Positions 1 to 15,000 of a stretch of 64,000 bases of DNA are shown one piece after another (within the stretch, counting starts at the first letter, position 1; the number at the start of each line of letters is the position of its first letter). This DNA comes from an uncultured Planctomycetia bacterium (GTDB lineage: Bacteria; Omnitrophota; Gorgyraeia; Tantalellales; Tantalellaceae). Position numbers and translations under genes: made by a program. The stretch is from the NCBI GenBank assembly GCA_964409365.1, contig CAYPCX010000002.1:160984-224983 (forward strand), in the 5' to 3' direction. The notes under the pieces were generated by a model. The model saw only the letters and a list, made by a program, of their open reading frames with translations. It was not told the DNA's origin and ran no database searches.

Positions 1-1
1 T

Positions 2-3000
2 TATGCCGATGCCGATAAACTCAAGAAGGAGATCGACAAGCTCACGGGCGAACTGGCGGAATACGTGCAGAAGGAATCGGCAGATCCCCTGACCGGTTTT
101 CATGATGTCCAGCGCAGGTGGGTGAGCAGTAATGACGAAATAGAGGATCGTCTCACGGGTAATGTCAGAGCCGCGCTTTCGGGGATCCTCGTTCAAAAAC
201 TTGGGGCTTCAGAAGAGACAGCAGAGACAGCAAGGGAAGTCCATATGGCCGTTATGGAAGGCAGATATAAGGATGCCCGCGAGACCATGATGCAGGAAGG
301 TATCGGAGAAGAACGGACCGTGGAAATACTTCAGGCCGTGATAGCTTTGATGGAACACGATTATACCGAAGCGGAACAGGCTTTGACAAAGCAGGATATT
401 TCAGAGAGTGCTGCCAAAGAAATGGTGAACAGATCAAAGCGCGCCCGGGACGCCCTGCGGGTCATGACCGCGGTAAGAGGGCGCAGGTATGACGAAGCCG
501 AGTATATCCTGGTTGAAAGGTATAAAATAGACGCGACAACAGCCGGGAGTATAATTGACGGCCTGAAGGCGGGTCAGAGTGACGCGATAATCGAGCTTAC
601 TGGTGTGTTGAAGACCTCTGATGTGGCAGCCAGAGCGGAGACCGCGGATGAGATCAAAAGCGCGGTACGGGAACGCGAGGCGCTGGAGCTGGAATGGAAA
701 GTGTACACTGAAGCGGCAAAAAGGGAAAAAGAACGCCAGAACACGATGGTAAGGAAGAACCAGGATAAGCGGATCACGATAAAGGAACAGTCCAGGATAG
801 ACGCGATGATAAGGTCCATAACCGGGGATGACCAGAAGCTCGCTAATTACGCAAAGAATTTCTTCTATTTTGAGGCCTCAGGGCTTGTCCAGCTGGCGCT
901 TGAGCGGGCCGGTTTGACCTGGAAAGACTGCCTGGCCGACAGGAGGAACGAGCTGAAGTTCCTGGAACAGTTGTCGGAGGTATTACACGGTCAGTATGGT
1001 ATAACGTTGGAAGATGGTTTCGTGTTCGAGAATATACTGAGCGATCTGAGGAAAAAAGACCTGATCTGGATGCCGGGGATACGGAAAACGCGAAGAGACC
1101 AGATCGAGCAGAAAGATATAGTGACTTTCATAACCGAGTTCATTGTTCCCGAGTCCCGTTACTATGACCCGGAGACGCTGAAAGATTACATGCAGGCCGT
1201 AAAATCCGACTATTTCGAGAAAGAACGGGACAAGAAAGGCGCGGCGCGCTGGTGGCATGGTGTTAAGATGAGAGCATGGCTGGGTCTGGACTTTCTTGAC
1301 AGGGGAAAGGGCCTGGCAAAGGAAGCCGCCAAGTTAAGCGTGAAGAAAAGACAGGCTGAGTTTACCGAGAAAAAACGCGCCGCGAAAATGGAAAAACTGG
1401 CTAAAGAGATGGGCATAAGCGTGGATGAGTTGGTAAAAAGGTATAAGGATGCCTTGAGTAACGCCTTTCTGGACACCAAGGGCCTGGACAGGCCCTTGAC
1501 GAAAGTTCTTGGTGAACTGACAGAGGACCTTGATGTAGAATCCACGGTTCCCGGGTCCGGGGAGGAACTGAAGAACAAGCTCAGGGAAAAAGCGCATTCC
1601 GAAGGCGCTTTCAAACTCCTGGTATGGGTAGAGCGTCTTGACGCGAGTGGGAAGAACGCCGAGGAGTTTTATGAAATGGCGGAAGCTGAAGCGGGCAAGT
1701 TCGACAGGGAAACGAAGACGGACAAGGAGACGGACATCTCCGCGGAGGATGTGGGAAGCACGCAGCGCGCGGTTGAAGAAAGAAAAATTACCAGGTACGC
1801 GCACGAGCGCGGTGAGCATCTGAGAGTAGCAAGGACCGCGAAGCGGGCGGAACTTCCCGTAATAGAGCTGCCGGTGAAGAAAAAGGAAGGTGAAGAGGAA
1901 CAGGCGGTGAGGGAAGAGGAACCGCCGGCGCGTGATACGACAGTTGAATTGAAGTTTCAGGCACAGGAACAAAAGGCGAGAGAGACGCCCGAACCGGATA
2001 AAGCTATCGTGTACGGAAAGGAAGAACTTGGCGAGAAAGAACTGCCGGAGGTATCGGCGAAAAGAGACGACGCTGTCAAGGATAAACGGATCGATGCGCA
2101 GAAAAAGGAGGTCGAGGCAAGCGGTGAAAAGCAGGAGGTGATGGACAAGGCGACCGAAATAAAGGTGGAGATAGACGGAAAAGAGGTCATTGTCCCGACG
2201 GTGCTGCTGGAAGAAACGGAAGGCCCGGCAGCGGCCGCCCGGGCCATGGTCGCCGCCCAGGCCAGGGCATATGAAAAAGCTCATGCCGCGGGGCTTCCCG
2301 TGCCGGGGCCGCCTGAGGAAAGCCACGTGGTCTTTGTGGGTAAAGCCGCCAAGGCGTTCGAAGAACTTGATGAGGAACGCCAGAAGGAAGCGGTGAAGGA
2401 AGCCCTTTCCTGCGAGGAAGTCCGGGAAGCTCCGGAAGATCTCCGGAAATACGTTGTAGTGAAAGACCTTACACAGGTAGAGACCACGAGTGAAGAAGGC
2501 GAAGAGGTCGGATATCACCGGGAGTATGGTGTCGTGGCGGCAAGCCCGGAAACCGCCAGTGAGATGATGCAGGTATGGGGCGAGTGGACCAAAAGCGGCC
2601 GGGAGGACGCGGCCGCGGCAGCAAAGAAGTTCAACGGCCTTTTCGGTAAAAGATCGGGATATGCGGATGTTCTGGGAGGGCATTTCTTCTACCGTTCCGA
2701 AAGTGCAAGGACGCTCGATGAAGGAAGTGTTAAGGCCTGGAGCCTTATCGACGGGGAAAAACGCGACGCCGGTTTTAGGCGGTATACGGGCCAGCTCGCT
2801 GTTATACAACAGGCCGGCGCGGCAAAACTGAGGGAACACGCCAGGCAAAAGGAACGGGGGGAAGCCCCCGACCGGCCGGATTGGGACGTCGTCCTTGCCA
2901 ATCCCTACATGAGGAGGATCGTTGAATCGAAAGACGAGGTGAAGATCGAATTCAACGCTGAAGGAAAGGTCAGGGTCGGCGAATCGGGCTGGCTCGATGA

Positions 3001-6000
3001 GAAGAGTTTCAGGGATGAGGTCGAGAAAATGGAAAAAGGCGTTAAATACCCGGGAATAGGGGCTTTTGAGCTCAAGGGGCCTGATTGGTGGGAAAGGGTC
3101 CTGAACTGGGTGCGGAATGAAGGGTTCGGATCCCGGAAGTGGTTAAGCGCGGAAGTTATCCCTATCGGTGGGCTCACGGGCACGGCGCTGATAGTTACAG
3201 GTTCTATCCTGACCGTTTTGTGTTCATGGTGGGGTATCGCCGCGATCCTTCTGGGCGTGGCGGTAGGCATGATGCTGGGAAACGTGCGCGTTTCTATGGT
3301 CTCGGTGATAGGCTTTTTTATCCTTTTGAGCAAAGCTTTCTGGGATTTTGGGGTGTTCGTGTTCAAGGATACGCTCTGGAAAAGAGGCGGGGTCAGGATC
3401 CTGCAGAGTTTAAGAGAGGCAAGAACGGATGAAGGATTACTGCGGGAATATTATGCCCCGGAGGAATTCAGCGGGTGGGAGAAGCAGGATGAGGCGAATA
3501 GGGATAGAAGCATAAATGCCTTCTCCGCGCGGATAGATACAGAGTTCACGGTGGAAGAGAAAAATAAACTGGCAGGATGCGGCACGTCGGCTGAGCTTTA
3601 CAGGGAGTCGGCTAAAATACTGGAAAGAGACGCCCTCCATCCGGACTGCAGTTCCGCCCGCAGGGAACGTCTTCTCGAACAGTCTTACCGCTTAGCGATG
3701 GTATCTCACTTGTCGGACGAAGAAGATAAAGAGACCCTGCGCGTTCTGGCGCGGATCTCGGGGGAACGGGGGGACTATGATAATGTCATAAAATTCGGCG
3801 AAAAGGCGCTTGGTCCTGAACGGGAACAGATCGGCTTCGTCGGTGGCGTTTTTGCCGAGCTCCGGGACAGGGTCGGCTTCATCGGTATCCCTCCGGAGGC
3901 TCAGGATATAGCGGCGGTGTTGTACGAAGCTTATACCAGGAAAGGTAAGATGCGGCAGAGGGAGAAAATAAAGAAGGGGATGACCCGTAAAGCTCTCAGG
4001 CAAGGTGTGGAGAGGGTCAGGGCGATACCGGAAGAAGAGAAAGAAGAAGCGGGGTTCTGGAAGAGGTCTTACCAGAATTCGCTTTTGACCAGGAGGATAA
4101 CGGGATTTTTCAAAAAGTATTCCAGCTGGGAATCTTTTAAAGGACTTCTTGGGAATCGACACTTCCAAGCAGGAATGGGTATATTTTCCCTGATATCATG
4201 GATAGCATGGGCGTTCGGCTTGAAGTTGTTAACGGCCGCGGCGTTTTTGTTGCTGGGGAAGGTCGTGCTGGCAGCCGCGTGCGTTATTGCGGTGATCGAC
4301 TTCATCGTTTTACCTTTCTGGCGCTGGTACCGCGCTTTTTCCATGGATTGGGCCACTGCGGGTTACAGGCAAGAGGCCCTGATGATATTGCGAGGGGAAG
4401 ACGTAAGGACAGCCGTGGAATTGGCCGAACAGAACCAGGATGAAGCCGATCAGATACTGGATGCGTTCGATTCAACGCTCGTATCCGGGGCGGGACGCTT
4501 CTTTTTCTGGCTGGCGCCTTTCTTTTTTGACGAGAAGACGGTCTCTTCCATCCTGAATTCGGCGGAATATTATCTTAACCATATCGAGGACAGGGAAGCG
4601 GGCATGAACAGGGCCGAGAAACTGCTTCGGCCGCTGCAGACAATAGGCGGCAGGGCGTTTATCCTTAGGCCCGGGAACCGGGAATTGCGCGAGAGGTTGG
4701 ACCTGCTTGAAGGTCTGGTCCGCATCAGGAAGGGAGAGACGGATATCGTCGTCGCCGGCAGGCCGCTTTCCGGCGTGACGGGCGAGTTTTTCGACGATAA
4801 AGGTAAATTAAAAGATGATATCAATGCGGAGACGCTCGGGGTTCTCGCCCAGGCCTTTGAGGCCCAGGCGCGGGAAGAAGAGCGTGAAACGGTCATCGGC
4901 AAGCTGGAAGGATTACGCGACGTGTTTTTGCCCAAGCCGGACGAGGAAGAGGTGGTCGGCGGAGACGGTAAGGTAATAAGCGAGGATAAAAAAGCGTATG
5001 TAACGGGACGGGATATACGGTCTGAAGAAAAAAGAAAAGAGTTCGACAGTCTGAACAATATGGTAGCGAGGCTCAGAAAAGGCGAAAAGGGAGAGGAGAC
5101 CATTAAAGGGAAAGAAGAGGGGTCGAAAAAGGCCACGGATGCCCGCGCCGGGGTGGAGAAAAGGGAAGAAGTGAGCGTTCCCGAGGCCGAGGAGGAACCC
5201 GCAAAACCGGAGATAGTCCGTTCTGCCGGGGAGCTTGAAGAAGAGCGAAAGATCCTTGAGGCGAAGTACAGGCAGGCCCCGGGTGATATGGATACGAGGA
5301 AAGAGCTTGTAAAGGTCCACAGGGACCTCGCGAAAGCTTACGCGAAAGAGGAAGAGACCGCATGGTTCCCGCGCCGCTGGTGGAGACGGCTAAGGGGGAT
5401 AAGGCAGTGGAACCTTGAGGAAGCGGTAAGGCTGGCAAGGGAAGGCGACACGTATATTGACGGTGGATTGGCCGCCGAAAGGCTTATAGAGCACGGTATC
5501 GATCATGTTTACGGCGCGCCGTGGTACAGGCGTTTTTACGAAGGCAGGCTTATAAAGGACATGGGACTTATCCGGGAAGCGCTGGACACGGTCAGACAAA
5601 AAATAGAAAGCAGAGAGCCTCTTTCCGATGAGGAAAAGGAACTCATGGCGGTCGCGTTCTCGAACCTTCAAAAATTGACGGCAATGCTGCTGGATACCCG
5701 GTGGGCCAGGGATCTTCACCATCCCCGGGCGGGTCCCATCAAGGTACTTCTGGTAGAGGGGTTATCGCCGGTGCTTGAATTCTTTGCCTCCCGGGCGCCT
5801 ACGGAGGAGATCACTGCCGAGACGATAGATGCGGCTAAAGAAATGAAAAACGTAGTAGATGAAAAACTTAAAGAGGATCTTAGTAACCTGCGGCCGTGGT
5901 GGTGGCAGAGGATAGGGCTAAGGTACGGCTTGTGGTCTCTGGGGCGCAGGCTCGGGAAGGTCCAAAGGGCGATAGATGACGCCAAGCGCGATCAGAAGGT

Positions 6001-9000
6001 CGAGGGCATAGATAGAACGCGGGATATTGAAGGTTTCAATGACGAAAAAAGAAAAATATTGGAAGTGACCGCGAAAACCCGGCTCCACCTTTTGGTCATA
6101 AACGCGAGCAGGGCTAAAGCGATCGAGAAGGATCCGGCAGAAGCATGGGGTTTTATCGTGAGGGTCCTTGGCGGAGACATTGATAAATGCGTGGGAGAGT
6201 GTACCGCCAGCGGAGCCATATATACGGATCATGATAAATTCATGGAGATGATCGAAAATAAGGTCGCGGAAGCGGAAAAGGAGGCCGGGGTCGAGGTCCC
6301 CGATATCGTTAAGGCGATGTTCCTGCGCCGCTTTGAAGTGGCCTGGGCTGAAGCCAACCGCAGGCAGTATAGCGATAAACAACTTGAAGACATGAAAAAA
6401 AGACTCGTTGAGTTAACGACAGAAGAACGGAAAAGAGCGAGCAAGGAGATAACGGGAGAGGAGGAGAGGATAAAAAGGTTAACTAAAGCGCCGCTGGGAG
6501 AGATATTCATCGCGCCGGTACCGGATCCGGACCTGCCGGACGCGTTTAAGGCATGGTTATCGCAGAGAAGGGAGCAGTTTTTGGAAAAAGCCGGTAATGT
6601 TATACTGAATAAGATGCTGGGTGAGGTGGAGAAACTTCTGAAGAAACAACCTGAAGATATCGGCTTGCTGGCCCTGAGAAAGGATCTTCTCAGGAGGATC
6701 TACGTGGGGACCGCCATGGAAGAAGCGAAAACCGAAGAAAGGGATGTCGTAGTTACGGATAGAATAGAGGACTTTATCGATACGTGTCTTTTCATAATGG
6801 AGCTTTCCGATGACCCCGCTCAAAGGGAAGAGGTGCGGGATGAGCTCAGAGATCTTCTCTCGAGGATGCCCCCGGGTGAAAGGACAAAATTCAGTGACAA
6901 GGTCCAGAAGAGGATCAAGGAAGCCCGCAAAGAGGCTGAACGCCCCGATGCGATGAAAAAGGATATAGACAGGTACGCCGGTTTCCTGGGGGCGGCCTTT
7001 TATCTTGTTGATGAGATACCTGTGAAAAGGGAGATCGTCCAGGAGCTGTTCGAACTGGCGAGGGAAAAGGACGATCCGGGTGTTCTCGCGATAGCCGAAG
7101 AGACCGGGAAAAGCCTTCTGGATCTGAATTTTACCGGACAGCCGGACCAGCTTAAGGAGTTCGTGAAGTTCCTTCTTTTGACCTACCCTGAAGGTGATCC
7201 CGACAGGGCTATATCCGTGTTCGATTTCCTGAAGGGTACGATCAAGGGGTTGAGGCAAAAAGCGATCGAAACGGCACGTGTCGATCTTGATAAGGTTTTC
7301 AGGTTCGAGACGATCAGGATCATCGGGGAGGTCCTGACCGATGAAGCGAACACCGGAAGTTTGATAAGCATGGCCCCGGGACCGTTACCGGAAAAGGACA
7401 GGTATCTTTCTTCTTTGCATAACCTCTATATAAGCCTGGAAAAGACGGAGTCCGATATCTCGGCTGAAAAAGAAAGACTGGAAACGGAGCCGGCCAGGCT
7501 TCAGGCATTCGAGGATAAGGTGAAAGGCCTGGTCAGCGTGCTTGAGGAGTGTAAAAAGCGCCTCGGTAAAAAGGAGAGAACAGAGAAGGGTATCGCTGTT
7601 TATACTCCCGGTTCTATCAAGGAAACGCTTCATGATACGAGGAGGGAAATAGAGCTCGAGGCAAGACGTGGATATTGGCAGGCCTTGCGTAACGATGCCG
7701 AGGCTTCCTACAGGGAGGGAGAGAATAAGGCCGCGGCGGATGACGAAGAGGGTTCGGAGAAAGCTTATGAGGCGGCTATAGAGACCGGCAAGAAAATGAT
7801 CAAGGACGGCCGGGAGACCGGGTACATAACGGGACGGGGCGGAGTCGCGGACGATGTTGATAAAGAAACAGCGGACATGGCCCGGGATGTCAACGACAGG
7901 ATCATACTCTCCTACAGGGGGCTTATAAGGTCCCTTGAAAGGCAGGGAAAACCCGCCGAGGCGGCCGAAAAAGAGTTCGAGATGCGGCACTGGGCGGCAG
8001 ACAACAACAATACCCTCCAGAACGTGCCCGGCGACGAACGTGTCGCCGCCGAAAAGGCCAGAGAGCGGATGATACGCATGGAACCCGATAAAGCGGAACT
8101 TTTCCGCGACGCGGCGAAGGCGAGAAGCTCTTTGCACGAAGACACGTACAAGGCCGCCAGGGCTAAAGGGAAGGAGCTGGACGAGACGCGAAAGAAAATA
8201 GACGAGACGGCAAAAGAAATAAGCGCTTCCCGCAAGAAAGCGGACGGGATACGGCAGGATATTAAACAGCGGGAAGCGGAAGAGAAAACCTTCCGGGACA
8301 GGATCAAAGACATAAGGGCGCGGATAGCGAAGAACCTGGCAGGGGGGGAGTCCATATTACAGCAGGAGCCTTTGTTCCAGGAGGCGTTGAAGGAGCAGTT
8401 CAGGCTGGAAGAGAAACGGGAAGAGTTGAAAAAGCTGAGGGAACAACTTGATGAAGAAGAAAAGAAGGTCGAGGAGCAGCGCAAGGGAAAAGAAGACCTT
8501 GAGGGCACGTTAGAAAAACAGAAATTGGAGCTGGAACTTATCGAAGACCGGCAAAAAGCCGAATCCGCGAACATGAGCGTGCCTATCGATTTCGGCGAGG
8601 AGAGGGACAGTTTCCAGCGATCCACCATTGATTATATCCGTGCTATCGAGCTGGCGGAGAAAGATAAGCAGGATATCGCCGACGGCGCCGCCGAAGGGCT
8701 GGTATATTTGAGCGGTACGCCGGAAAACACCGGGTTCATCCTCGGCCGGGTGCAGCAGTCCCTGGATTCGCTGGATGAGAGGATCAGGGACAGGAAGAAA
8801 AGGAGGCTCGCCCGCCAGCGGCTGGAGAAGGCGAAGATCGGGATCCTGCAGGGTCTTTTGGAGACAAAAGAAAAGAGCGGCCGGGAAGCGCTCATGGACG
8901 AGATGAGGACCGTGACCGAAGAGACCGCGCAGGTCACTGTCACGGTCGAAGGAAAACCGTTCACGGTCACGGTGGACAGTGTAGAGCTTCTGGAGTTCCT

Positions 9001-12000
9001 GACGGAAGAGAAAGACTACGCCTCGGCGGAACTGCTGGTCTCCGTCGCCGGGAACAACCGGGAAAATATCCCGGGGGTCATTGCCAGGCAGAAACTCCTT
9101 CAACGGATGCATGAGGATACGGGGCTTGCCGAAGAGGTCGACGTCGGGCCGGACGGGTCCCTGTTTGAAGAATTCGCCTACGCGACCACCAAAGACGAAG
9201 AAGAAGACATAGAAGATCCCTTTGAAAGGGGCGGTAAGGTCAATGATAAGAAGAACGCCCTGGCCCGGAGTTTGGGGGGACTTTTCGGGTTCAAAGAACT
9301 CGTGGACGCGGTGAGGGCCAGGCACGCCGCTGAAACGCCCTGGGAGAAAATGGACGAGGGAGTGCAAAGGGAACTGGTCGCGGATTCTCTTTCTTTTGCC
9401 GCGCTGAATTCATGGATCGATACCGGCGGGAAGGTGACCCCTGAGCTTAAAAGCGAACTTGCCGGTGCGGAGGATTTCGCTGAACTGGGGTCCCGGATCG
9501 ACAGGGAAAGGGAAGCGCCGGAAGAGCTCAGATCGGAACTGTTCCGGCAGGAGACCGAGCTTGCCATGCTGAAGTCAAGGGTCAGCAGGAGGATGAACGT
9601 CGCGGAAGAGATCAGGGCCGAAGCTGACAGGGTGAACTTGAGCGTCGAAGCCCGCGACCGGGCAAAAGCCCTCGGTCTTTACGAGGAGGCTATAGAGGCC
9701 GGGCTTGACAGCAGGTCTGAAACCATGGTGCATTTCCAGATGGGGGATACGTACGAAAGGATGAAATCTCGCAGTAATGCCATAGAATCTTACAAGAAGG
9801 TACTTGAAAAAGGCGGGGATGAGGATGAAGTCCTGAGGAACAGGGCTTACCGTCATCTTATCGACCTGTATGGCGAGCTTGACATGCCGCTGGACGTTCT
9901 TACGCTGCACGAGTCCCGGGCGCGTTCTCTCCATGAGATGGCCGAGAAGGCCGAAGATCTGAGGATCAAGAGGGACGCCCTGGGGAAGGCACTGGTCGCG
10001 GTCGACAGGGCCCTTGCCCTTGAGCCCGTTGACGGAACGAGCCTGGCGCTGAAGGCGCGCATATTGAATTCCCAGGCGGATCTTTTCCGGGATGAAGGAC
10101 GAATGAACCGGGCGTTCAGGATCTGCGAAGAGGTGCTGTTCAGGCCGGACGCGAATCTGGCATGGTGGTCGCGTTTATATAACGGCATTTTCCAACGGGC
10201 AAAGATGAAAGCCGTATCCAGGACCGAGGAGGCCGAACTGGAAGCGCGTAAGGTCAGGGCGGAGATACACGCGATGAAGGGGAATGAAAGAGAGGCTTAC
10301 CGGGATGCCCAGCGCATCGAGGATATGGGTGAACCCACGGTCAAGACCCATATGATAGCGGCTGATACGGTCCAGAAACCCATTCCCGGGCTGAAATTCC
10401 TGGGCATGTTCCTGAAGTATGGCTGGCCCGTTATATTGACCGCGGTCCTGGCGTTCCTTATTCCGCAGCTTGGCGCTATGGGAAGCTTTTTAGGAAAGCT
10501 TCCCGGATGGGCAAGTTTTCTTTCCAGGTGGATGCCGTGGATCTCGATAACAGTGTTCGCGGGAGTGGGAGAGGTCGGTTCTTTGTGGGCCAGGAGGAAT
10601 AAAGCCCAGCTTGAGAAGGCGAAGGAGCACTTGCTCAGGGCTGTAGAAGCGGAACCGAAGAACGCGGAGGCAAATGACCGGCTTTTTGAGGTCATGAAGG
10701 AACTTAAAGATCACGAAGGTATAGAAGAGCAGTGTAAAAAGGAAGAAGAAGTGATCAAGGACGACCGGACCAAAAGGGACAGGCTGGATGTCCTGAAAAG
10801 GAGGAGGGCGGTCGCGCTTTTGCGCCGGCAGCAGGATCGCATCCGCGAATGCGTGGATGATCCGGAGGCGGCCGGGGAAGTTAAAGAAGCTATAGAAGAA
10901 GCGAGGAAAATAGTAAAAGACACGACCGATACCGAAGGTGTTGAAAATGAGATAAAAGGGCTTGGCAGTATGATGCCGATGAGGCGTCCGCCGAGGACCA
11001 GGATGGTTTCCGTCATGGGTTTCTGGGTCCGTAGAACAAGGGATCCCGGGGAGCACAACACCCACGAATTGCAGCTTGCTTCCCTGCTTCAGGCCCTTGG
11101 CAGGCAGGACGAGGCCAGAAAAAGGATGGAAGAGCTGGTCCTTAGAGAGGATGTCAGCGAAAACACCAGAGAAGAGGCAAAGAAGGCCCTGGCGGAAGAT
11201 TACAAGGCAAGGGCCGCGGAAGAGACAGAAGAAAGCAAGGCTATAGATATGTATTCCGAAGCTCTTGCCCGCGACCCGAATAACGCGGAAGCCCTTTTGG
11301 AACGCGGGATACTTTTGAGTAAAAGAACGGGTTTTGAGGATCTGGCCAGGGATGATATCGCCAGGGCGCTTGAGATGGGCCAGCCCCTGGAGAAGGAGAA
11401 GGCTGATGAAGGCTACCGGTTCCTGGAAGGATATTATTTCGAGCACGGTGATTATGAATCATGGCTGGACGTAAGGGAAAAGACGCGCGTGAAATGGGAA
11501 GGCTTCGAGGCGGGCAGGCCCGGGATAGCCGAGGCTCAAAAGGTCAATACCGAAGCTGACAGTATGGTCGAAAATATAGGCAAATGGGGCCGGGCGCGTT
11601 CAAGGATAGCGGAGCTGGAAAGGCGGAAAGAAAGAAGGGGCGAGGCCTTTGAAGCGGAATATGAGGCGGAGATCAGGTCTTTGCGGGGGATAAGGAATCC
11701 TCTCGAGGGCCGGGGTGATGACCTTGATCTAGTGAACAGGCTACTGGCCCTTGCCCAAAAATTCGCCAATGAAGGGGAGACAGATAAAGCGATAGATATC
11801 CTTAATGCCGTCGTGGAAGCCGCCAGAGGGAAGCCGCTTGAAGTGCGCGCCCGTTTTGTCCTTGCCGGCGTATATGAGAAAGCCGACCGGGGCGGGGAAC
11901 TCGACGCGGAAATAGAAGATCTGAAGAAACTGGAAGACGGGATGTCGGCAAATGAAAAAGTCGGCCTTATGTTAATGGAGGCAGCCAGAAGAGCGAAGGC

Positions 12001-15000
12001 GGATACCGGTAAGGGGATACGGGAAGGTTTCGAGATACTAAGGGAAGTGATAAGGCTGGGATTGATACATAATGATAAAATAGCCGGCGAATGGTTCGCG
12101 GCAATGGACAGGCTTATAAACGCTCACAGGGCATGGCAGCAAAGGGAAGATAAAGAGGAAACCGACGAGTATAGTGACAGGGCTTTACACACCAATATTT
12201 CCTATACCATGACGGTAATAGGTGAAGAGTCTCAAAAAGGCCCCGCCCACAGGGTGATTCTGTCGCCGGAAAATGTCCGGAAGATGTCTGATATTATCCT
12301 GAGTGACGACATGCCCGTGGTCAGCAGGGACGTGGCCGAGTCGCTTCTATTCGAAGGCAACGAACTTGTCCCCGACGAGAGCCGGGTCGCGGTCTTCGAA
12401 CACCTGGGGCAACGGTTCCAGAAAGCGATCACAGAAGGAGAGAGCTTCGATAAGGATTCTTACAGGGAGCTTTTCAGTAAGTGGAGGGCGCGGGACCGTT
12501 TCAAGGATGTTTGCGGGAAGGGCCTGGGCCTTATTTATGCGAGCAAAGGGAGTAGTATATTCGCCTGGTGGTATCTGGGCAGGAAAGGGCTCAGGGAAAG
12601 CGGGATGACGGCGTTCAATGATTACATGAGGGCGCGGAGATACGAGAGTTTGATAGGCCCGTGGTATCCCAATGCCATAGTGCATGCCGTCAGGAACTAT
12701 GAAAAGGCCCTGCGTGGCGGTATCAGGCAAAGAGAAATACACATGAGGCTGGCCGGACTTTACGGCAGGTTGAACAATGAAAAGAAGGTCTTTGAGCATT
12801 CCGAGAAGGTCCGCGAACTGAGCGAGACCGACAAAGAGAAGGCCGCGGCGGAAACGGAACTGGCGAATGCCTATTTTAACCGGATAAAAGGGTGGTGGTT
12901 CGGTTTGCGCAGGAGAAGGAACGCTATTGCCCTCTTTGACGATGCGGAAAAGATGCTGGATCTTACCGGCGACAGAGGGTTGGACGAGGAAACCGCGAAG
13001 GTTGTTATCGGCAAGCTTGGGAGCGCGGAAAAAGTGTTAAAGAGAAGCTATACCGGCGACGGTTTCCTGTGGCGGAAGAAAGCATGGCGCTGGGTCACGG
13101 GAAGTCCCGCGCCGCGCGTGCCGAGGGATGTAAGGATCCGCGGGATGTATCTGAAAGGCCAATGTTATCTTGCCCTGAATACGGAGGAAGGGACACGGGA
13201 GGCATGGGAACAGTTTGATGAGATCAATAAGATAGACGGCAGGGATGAACGCGGCCTCATGGGGTTGAGGGAATGTGCCTTGAGGGATGGGATGGAGAAC
13301 GAAGCCATGAGGTATCATGAACAGGCCCTGGCACTGGGCTCGTCCCTTGCGCAGGAAGAGTCCAAGGATATGGCGGCGATCTATAAAAACAAGGCCGATA
13401 AAGGGAAGGATATAACGGTGAGGATGCCGCTGGAACAGGAGCCGGTCCCCCTTACTCCTTTAGACTGCCTGGAAAGGGCGGCTTCCCTGGATCCCGAAGA
13501 CGAAGAGCTCAAACTTGTCCTTGCCGAAGCCAGATTTGAGAACGGTGAAGTTCAAAAGTCCCTGGAAGTGTTGAACGCCCTGCGGGACAAGGAAGAACCC
13601 GGGGGGTTCGAAGGGTTGCGGGAAAGGACCCAGAAAGCCGGTAAGGACGGAGCTGTTATCGCGGTACGCGCCCAGGAGCTGAACGACAGGATATCGGGAA
13701 GGGTCGCGAGGGAAGAGGAAAGGGACAGGATCACGGGTAAGTACCCGGTGAAAGGCGGGGTTGAGATCTATACAAGGACCGTTGAACAGCTTGCCGAGGC
13801 GGAAGGTAAAGCCAGGGATATTGACGTAAAAGTTCGCGAGATCGCGACTGCGCGAGCTGAAATTGTGAGCAAGGGAGAAACCGTATCCCCGGAACAGCTG
13901 GACGAATGGAGGAGGGACGTTATCGCTTTCGGACTGCCCGGCAGGATCACGAAAAGTGACGTGGAAAAGATGGGAACGGATGAGCTTCTGCTTCAGCTCG
14001 AGGAAAGGAAAAACGAGCTGGCGCGCGCCGCGCGGGTCCATGAACAGAAACTCTCGGGGATAGATATAAGTGCCGTTCCTTCGGTTGTCGCGAAAAGGTT
14101 GTTGAACCTGGCGCAGAGCGTCCGGGAGGCAGGAAAACCGCATCAAGCGCTCGTGATAGCACGGAGTGCGGAAAAGATCAAAGGCGTAAGTCCCGATATC
14201 GGGATCGATATCAAGTTTACCATGGCATCATGCCATGCGGATCTGAACCAATTTAAAGAAGCGAAGGATATTTATGGGGACCTGCAAAAGCGCCCGGACA
14301 GCTCGGGTATCAGGGCCCGTTTGGCTCTCATGGGCCTTGAAGACAATAAAGCCCGGTCCGGTATCTCGAAATTAGAACAGGATAAGACCATTACCGACGC
14401 TGACAGAACGGCGAGGATCAAGACCGTAAGGATAGAAAGGGACCGCGCGATAATCAAGCTGGGAGAAGGTCTACCCGGGGAGTTCGCTAATTTAGCGGAG
14501 GAAGAAAAGACAAAGTTCAGGGAAAACGCTGACCTCAACAAGGAGCTTATACAGGGGTTCAGGAGGTTCTTTGAGGTTCTCCGCGGGCGCGGTGGCAGCG
14601 AGGACATAGCGGCGATCATTGAGCAGTTATCCAATATCGCTTCAATATTCAACCTGGGGACCCTCAGCCAAGACGTGAACTTTAAGGAAAACGCGGAAAT
14701 AGGCAATTTTATCCTTTCCGAACTTAACATGATATTGAGTAACGAAAGCCTTAAGAGTGAAGTGGATATGGAAGCCGGGCATTTCAAAAAGCTGGCCGGG
14801 GCATTGAACAACATGGCCATCTATTCAATGAACACGGCCGTTATGATCGCGTTGATCGATTTCTTTTTGAATTCCGATGGTAAGTTTAAAGGGATACTGT
14901 TCAACGTTCTGTCAACCCAGAAGAAGGCTTTTACGCAGGAGCAGTCTTTCAAGGTGGCCGATCGATTGGATGGACGCCTGAGAGACAGGAAAGAGACCGG

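Noticed and set aside
65-67. GTG at 65 as the start of gene 1
   Set aside because: The frame is already open from base 2 with continuous helical-looking sequence, so the gene most likely starts upstream of the window.
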